Shown here piece by piece: positions 58,622 through 64,000 of a stretch of DNA of 64,000 bases. Numbering within the stretch: position 1 is the first letter of the stretch; every line of letters begins with the position of its first letter. The stretch spans positions 434,001-498,000 of the forward strand of contig JBHGNT010000018.1 of assembly GCA_043228905.1 (NCBI GenBank), written 5' to 3'. The notes beneath the pieces were generated by a model. It had not been told where the DNA came from. It made no database searches and was given only the letters and a program-made list of their open reading frames with translations. The position numbers and the translations under genes were made by a program. Source of the stretch: Azolla caroliniana (Eukaryota > Plantae > Polypodiophyta).

Positions 58622-60640
58622 GAAATCGAGGGAGAGAAAATGATGATGACAGGGATATATTATGTGAGAAGAATATACAAGGAAGGCTAGGAGGCTTAAG
58701 ACTAGCGTTGAACCGATTTGGTTCGAAATAATGCCTTGTGCCTCCTTTTATAGTGTTCTCCGAAGTAGTCCTGAAGCTTCTAGAATGTTCTAGAGAAATC
58801 TGGAATATACATTAATTTTCTATAGTAAAACTTAAGTAAAAATAATATTTTACGTATTATAATAGATATTGTAATGGTCAAGAGCTCGACCCATGTAATA
58901 TAAGGTCGTGGGTTTGAGTCTTGTCATATCATGACACTATCCCCCTTTTAAAACGATGAGTGTCACGAGTCGTTTTGGATTGAGGACCTGGTTTATCTGG
59001 ATATTGACAATGGAAGTCTTCAAGAAGAGCACGAACATTGGTCACATTCTCTATTGGTTCCCAAGTACACTCGCTGGGACTATATCCTAGCCAATCGACT
59101 AAATAGTGGAGCTTGTTGTGAATAATCTTGGAATCGAGGATGGCGGCAACCTCGTACTCAGGTCCATTTTTAAGTTCGATCGGGGGTGGAGGTTGTGGAA
59201 TACGTCCTAAGATGGTGTTGTCTTTATAGGGTTCGAGGAGAACATCGGATGTATGCAAAGTTGCGGGAGTAGATCGAGACGAAAAGCGACATCATTAATC
59301 ATTCCGATAATACGAAAAGGACCTAATCGTCGATAATCTAACTTCTCGCATGGGCAAGTAGTCTTGATGTGTCATCGTAGTAGCTATACCCGATCTCCAA
59401 TGTTAAAACTGGATGGAAGTCGATGACGATCCACGTAAACCTTGTGTGTTTGTTGAGCTTGCGGTAGATGAGTAGATAAATCAGGTTGTAATTGTGTAAT
59501 CGCTCCAAACGATCCTCTACGCAAGGATTTGTGGGTAACTCTGGGGTTTCAAATACACACCACCAGGGGTGACAACCCGTATAAGCATAAAATGACATAA
59601 TTTTAGTCGATGAGTGGATAGAGTTATTATAGGCAAATTCGGCGAAGTGGAGAATATCCGCCCAATCATCCTGATGATAGCTTAGAAAGCACCAAAGATA
59701 CTGCTCCAACGTTTGATTTGTTCATTCTGCTTGGCCGTCGGTTTGCGGGTGGTAGCCGGAGGAGAGGTTACAAGTGACCTTGAGCATTTAAAAAAGCTAC
59801 TTCTAGAATTTCGAGACAAATTGGGGTCCACGGTCGTTGATGATATTATTAGGAAGGCCATGATGCCGACCATAGTACGTAAAATTCGTGTTCGTCTACT
59901 ATATCATTCATTTTCCTACGTTGGAAAACGAACACGAATGATATTCAAATATTCGTGTGTGTGTTTTCCCCCTTTTTTTTTGGTTTTTTACCTCTTCCCC
60001 CCCCCCTTTTCCTCTGCACATCAACACTACGCTCTGCTCTCCTCCCCTTTTCCCCCTTTTCCTTGAACGATCAACTGCTTGCATCGTGCACACTAGTCAA
60101 TAGTGAGTCAATGACCACATCTTCTCCCGGCCATTACTTTCTGTAAATTTTCACTAATTTTTGTAATTTTTTCGTAATTTCTGCAATTTTGTTGTAATTT
60201 TGTTGTAATTTCTGTAATTTTTGTAATATTGTTGTAATTTTTGTAATTTCTATAATTTTTGTAATTTTTGTAATTTCTCTATAATTTCTGTAAGTTTGTT
60301 GTAATTTTGTTGTAATTTCTGTTATTAAGAAGGTAATGTTTTTTTTTGCAATTTAAAAAAAAATATTTACCTTGAAAAAATATTTACCTTATAGTAAATA
60401 ATTTATCCAAAAGTATGGTATTTATCATTCTTCAAGGGTGTTTACCCTTCTCGAATGATTGAATCATTCTCGAACACGAATGCACACATGGTACGCATAG
60501 TTCATAGTATGATGCCGGCATACTTCACGCATGACAATTTCGGCGGTTTCTTCACTAGAGATTTCCTTAGTACATCTTCGTATATCAATCTACTACTGTT
60601 AAAATCGCATTGAATCCCACTGGAGATTATATTGGAAGAC
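58471..60640 (-). mobile_element. Ty3/gypsy chromovirus remnant (Tcn1-like): integrase C-terminal half, chromodomain, PPT and 3' LTR
   Basis: Integrase fragments GFNAILTVVD*YTKM..ETAEIVMREVCRHHGLP..DRGPQF, EQYL..QDDW..AEFAYNN. Chromodomain EYEVAAILDSK..HYLVDWLGY..TWEP (58929-59258 ORF). PPT AAAAGGGGGATAG then TG at 58936. LTR about 58471-58936, distal boundary approximate. Confidence 0.85.
59871..60511. mobile_element. hAT-type non-autonomous element inserted in the chromovirus integrase
   Basis: Ends CATAGTACG..CATAGTATG (imperfect TIR). 8-bp TSD ATGCCG(A/G)C (59863-59870, 60512-60519). Integrase codons (VCRH/HGLP) rejoin when it is removed. Internal (TGTAATTT)n array at about 60140-60320. 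Confidence 0.85.
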
Positions 60641-63600
60641 ATGGTAACTTCATATACCATCAATCCATTCTTGCAATTATCCACATTGATTTTGAATTTA
60701 TTGTCATGGAGTTTAGTATGGCCCTAATTCCTCTAACTTAGGCTTGACCTTATGTAATCTTGTGTTCAATCTATCCTATAATTACAAACTACCCGGTGGT
60801 AGCCATTCTGAGTCTTTGTTGATATTTCTTTTCCAGGGATTCCTAATCTCCATTTGCCCTTCAAAAACATATTATCACTTTATACTCAATCTCTACTAAT
60901 CCCCGCAAATAAATCCATTATTTTATCGTAATAGGGCCTCATCAATGTGATTAATGCATAAAAAACTTTATTAATCAATATGGTTAGATTTTGTAATAAC
61001 TTTGATCTCTTGTCTCCTTGTAAAAAATAAAATTTACTTGAGAGACTTTCACAATAGCGACATTAGGATATATTTAAAAAAAGCAGCGAGGGTTGATAAT
61101 TTTCTAGTATATTACCCTTCATATGAGGAGTAACTTTGAGATTACTTTCGACACTTGTCTTATGGAGTGACAAAGGATGTGAAGAGAAAAGCAATGGCCT
61201 TCATCTTCGGGTTTTTGTAATCATTGTTTTTGTCAATTTCTTTTGGAACGACAAACACAATGCTTGGATGTTTTTATAATGACTTGACGCTACAATTGAC
61301 GTCACTTTTCAATATCATCCTATTTGTCCAAGTGAATCGTGACACCGTATTCCCATTCATGTGACCCTACACATGTGCATGTCAAGCTATCAATGATAAG
61401 GTGCCAATTGACAATCGGATACACGTGAATGTTAATGGGGTAAATGCAAAGACATCGTAATTGGACATTGTTAGGTTGTACCTAGTAAAGTCATGGTGCA
61501 TGTAACATGAAAGATTATGTGCAACCTGTTTTGCAGTATCTAATAGGGAAACATGTCCAAGTCCATTGCTACATGTCATCATCAGCCTCGCTAGCTTATT
61601 ATTTCTATCTTGATTTTCTATTTCTCATTATTATTGACCCTAATGCTAAATCACTTAAGAGTGTCATTCGAATTTGTTTTCCAAGTTTACGCAATCTATT
61701 GATCATTAATCCAAACCAAGTGTGAAACTACTCATAAATGTCTCAATCATTGCAATTGTTGGCTATCAAAAAAATATGGTGACCAATTTACGAACCACAT
61801 TCAAGCCCTATCAATCGTTATAAAACAAATTAACATGATCATGATTTCATTGAATACACCAAATTTAAAAACTTTATTGGGTTTCGATCTAAACAAGGCT
61901 CCATTACGATGTCAATCACTAAAATGACTATTTTCACTAGATTACATATTCAACGTGATATTGTAAACCCAATGAAACTAGATGCTACACAAGCTCAAGA
62001 ATAAAAAGGATGCGCAAATAATATAGTGCATCCCTACAATGAGGCAAGAAATATAAGTGGGCCCAAGGATTAGACAGTGTTCATATAGCAATGTACCTTG
62101 TTCATCTCTACATACACATTTGTTTGTATAACGAGGCAAAACATGCAAATGAGTAGGATTTCTACCTTATGAGGTAAGTCTTCATTATTTATGTCTAAAG
62201 TCATCGTCGTGCATGCTTCATATGTGTATTTATGTATATTAATTGGTACAAAACAAAGCAAGGTGGACTCATAAATATGGAGCTCACTATAACGCCATAC
62301 ACAATTCATTGAACCTGTTCAATTTCTAAAGTTGTGAATAAAAAACCTTGAAAATCAGTTCCATGTGGCACTAATTAATATGCCATGCTACAATGAGAGA
62401 TGGAGACATAATCACATCTACTTCAAGGTGATTCAATCATAACCAATGACCAATGACCAAGTAGTATCAATAAATAAAAAGTACTTATATTTACATGTTA
62501 ACCAATGAATAACAAAAATTACAAAACATTATACATGTCAATCTTGAAAATTGTAGAAAACTGTTGTGGGTATATTTTACCTTTGAAGTTAAAGTTCTCT
62601 CCTTATTCTACTTCTAGCAATTATAGCTCTTCCACCACGAGGCTCATAGTAAAAATGACATTTTATGGGGACCATGATCGTGAAAATAAGGAACTTGGTT
62701 CATTTACCCAAGCTTCAAATTCTAATTTGAAGCAATCCACAACTTTCAAGCATTACCACGATTTGCACGTTTGGTTGGGGGTATGTATGCAACCAAGATA
62801 ACCAAACTATTAAACTTCATTGAAGAGAACATAGGAGGTCACCCATCCTAGAATTATCTCCAAAGTCTAATTGATTGAAGTTTAGGTTTCCAATTCGATC
62901 AACCCCCTTAGACAAGAATTACATTTGAATTAAGTGACAATTTGGTGCCCCAATTGAAAAAATATTGCAAGTATGGCCAAATACGCAACTAGGGTATGCA
63001 AATTGATTGGACTTTTGAACATAAATATGATGAAATTTTAAATTTGATGGGCACAATGTCGTGGGAGATCGTCCATTCTGGCATCATCTAGTTACACTTT
63101 GTTAATTGCAAGGTTTTTTATTTTAGGCAAACATGCAGACTCCAAACCCTCATTTGAACCAACTCCCACAAACAAGCTCACAACACATTCAATGATACAT
63201 GTGTAGATGAGAAACAAGTGAATCAAACAACTAGGTGAGAGTCGAGACCAATAATGATGCTCCGGCTCAACTAAAATACAAAATCAAAGGTGGTACATAT
63301 TCACATGCAATGAAAACCCAATCGCCTCCTTGCATCTCATAAATCTTGTAATCATATTGTCGTGCCTTTTGTAGGTACCAACTTGCCTTTCACATAAATC
63401 AATAATGTTTGCTTCACATCGATTCCGATTTCCAAACGACATTAGCTCAGGATGATCTAAGCCCTAAACATAACAAATTCACATCCATCTTCGTAGATGT
63501 CTACCGCACACATCTTGCAAACCAATCACGTTGGCTCAAGTGTCAAAACCTAGATTTGTGTTCGAAGATAGCTCATTTGAACTAAGTCTCTTCACCGGCC

Positions 63601-63934
63601 ATAGAAAGGCACAAAAGCCGACAAACCTTTTTATCATTGATAGTGGACACAACTACTAGTACGAGCACCAGGACAATCGACGATATCAGCAAGGGGCATG
63701 GACGAGTCTTTCTCCGGACACTAGCACTCTTTGGCACCGGATCGTTCTCCAAACACTAACAAATGTCCCGAGACACACAAACACACACAACAGACATAGA
63801 CATAGACACAAACATAACACATCAGGCACAGACATTGACATTGACACCGATTGTCTCTTGAGTCTTCCTTTCTCTGGATAAATATCGATGTCTGTCGATG
63901 AATCTTCTTTCGCATGATGAATGAGACAAAGAGG

Positions 63935-64000
63935 CCATGACCAGGAGGGAGGACCCAGATAGACACTACTCCATGACCAGGAGGGAGGACCCAGACAGAC
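63935..64000. repeat. 36-bp tandem repeat running off the window end
   Basis: CCATGACCAGGAGGGAGGACCCAGA(T/C)AGAC at 63935 and 63971. Confidence 0.85.

Overview
Eukaryotic land-plant nuclear DNA. It is AT-rich with spliced genes and is probably a non-seed plant such as a fern or lycophyte, inferred from the Tcn1-like chromovirus and the LINE family present. Five intact multi-exon protein genes were reconstructed from splice signals and conserved motifs: UDP-glucose pyrophosphorylase (8825-16562, +, 21 exons), a LAMMER/AFC-type kinase (19547-23175, +), an LHP1-like chromo/chromoshadow protein with a long AT-hook-bearing N-terminus (30515-34911, +), a VOZ transcription factor (37438-42564, -) and an AWPM-19-like membrane protein (54773-55963, +). 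There is also one tRNA-Ile(AAT). Mobile DNA is well resolved: a solo LTR with TSD, a full-length recent Ty1/copia element just upstream of UGPase, two related 5'-truncated LINEs with TSDs, a chromovirus remnant split by a hAT-type MITE, and a second copy of that MITE. The most intriguing observations are (i) inverted hAT-like ends bracketing the AWPM-19 gene plus the tRNA (possible Pack-hAT), (ii) a tRNA-like A/B-box module at the edge of the chromovirus LTR, (iii) a copia with a duplicated PPT and an in-frame, LTR-related pol extension, and (iv) an LHP1 carrying an AT-hook and a GC-AG intron that supplies the chromodomain Trp.
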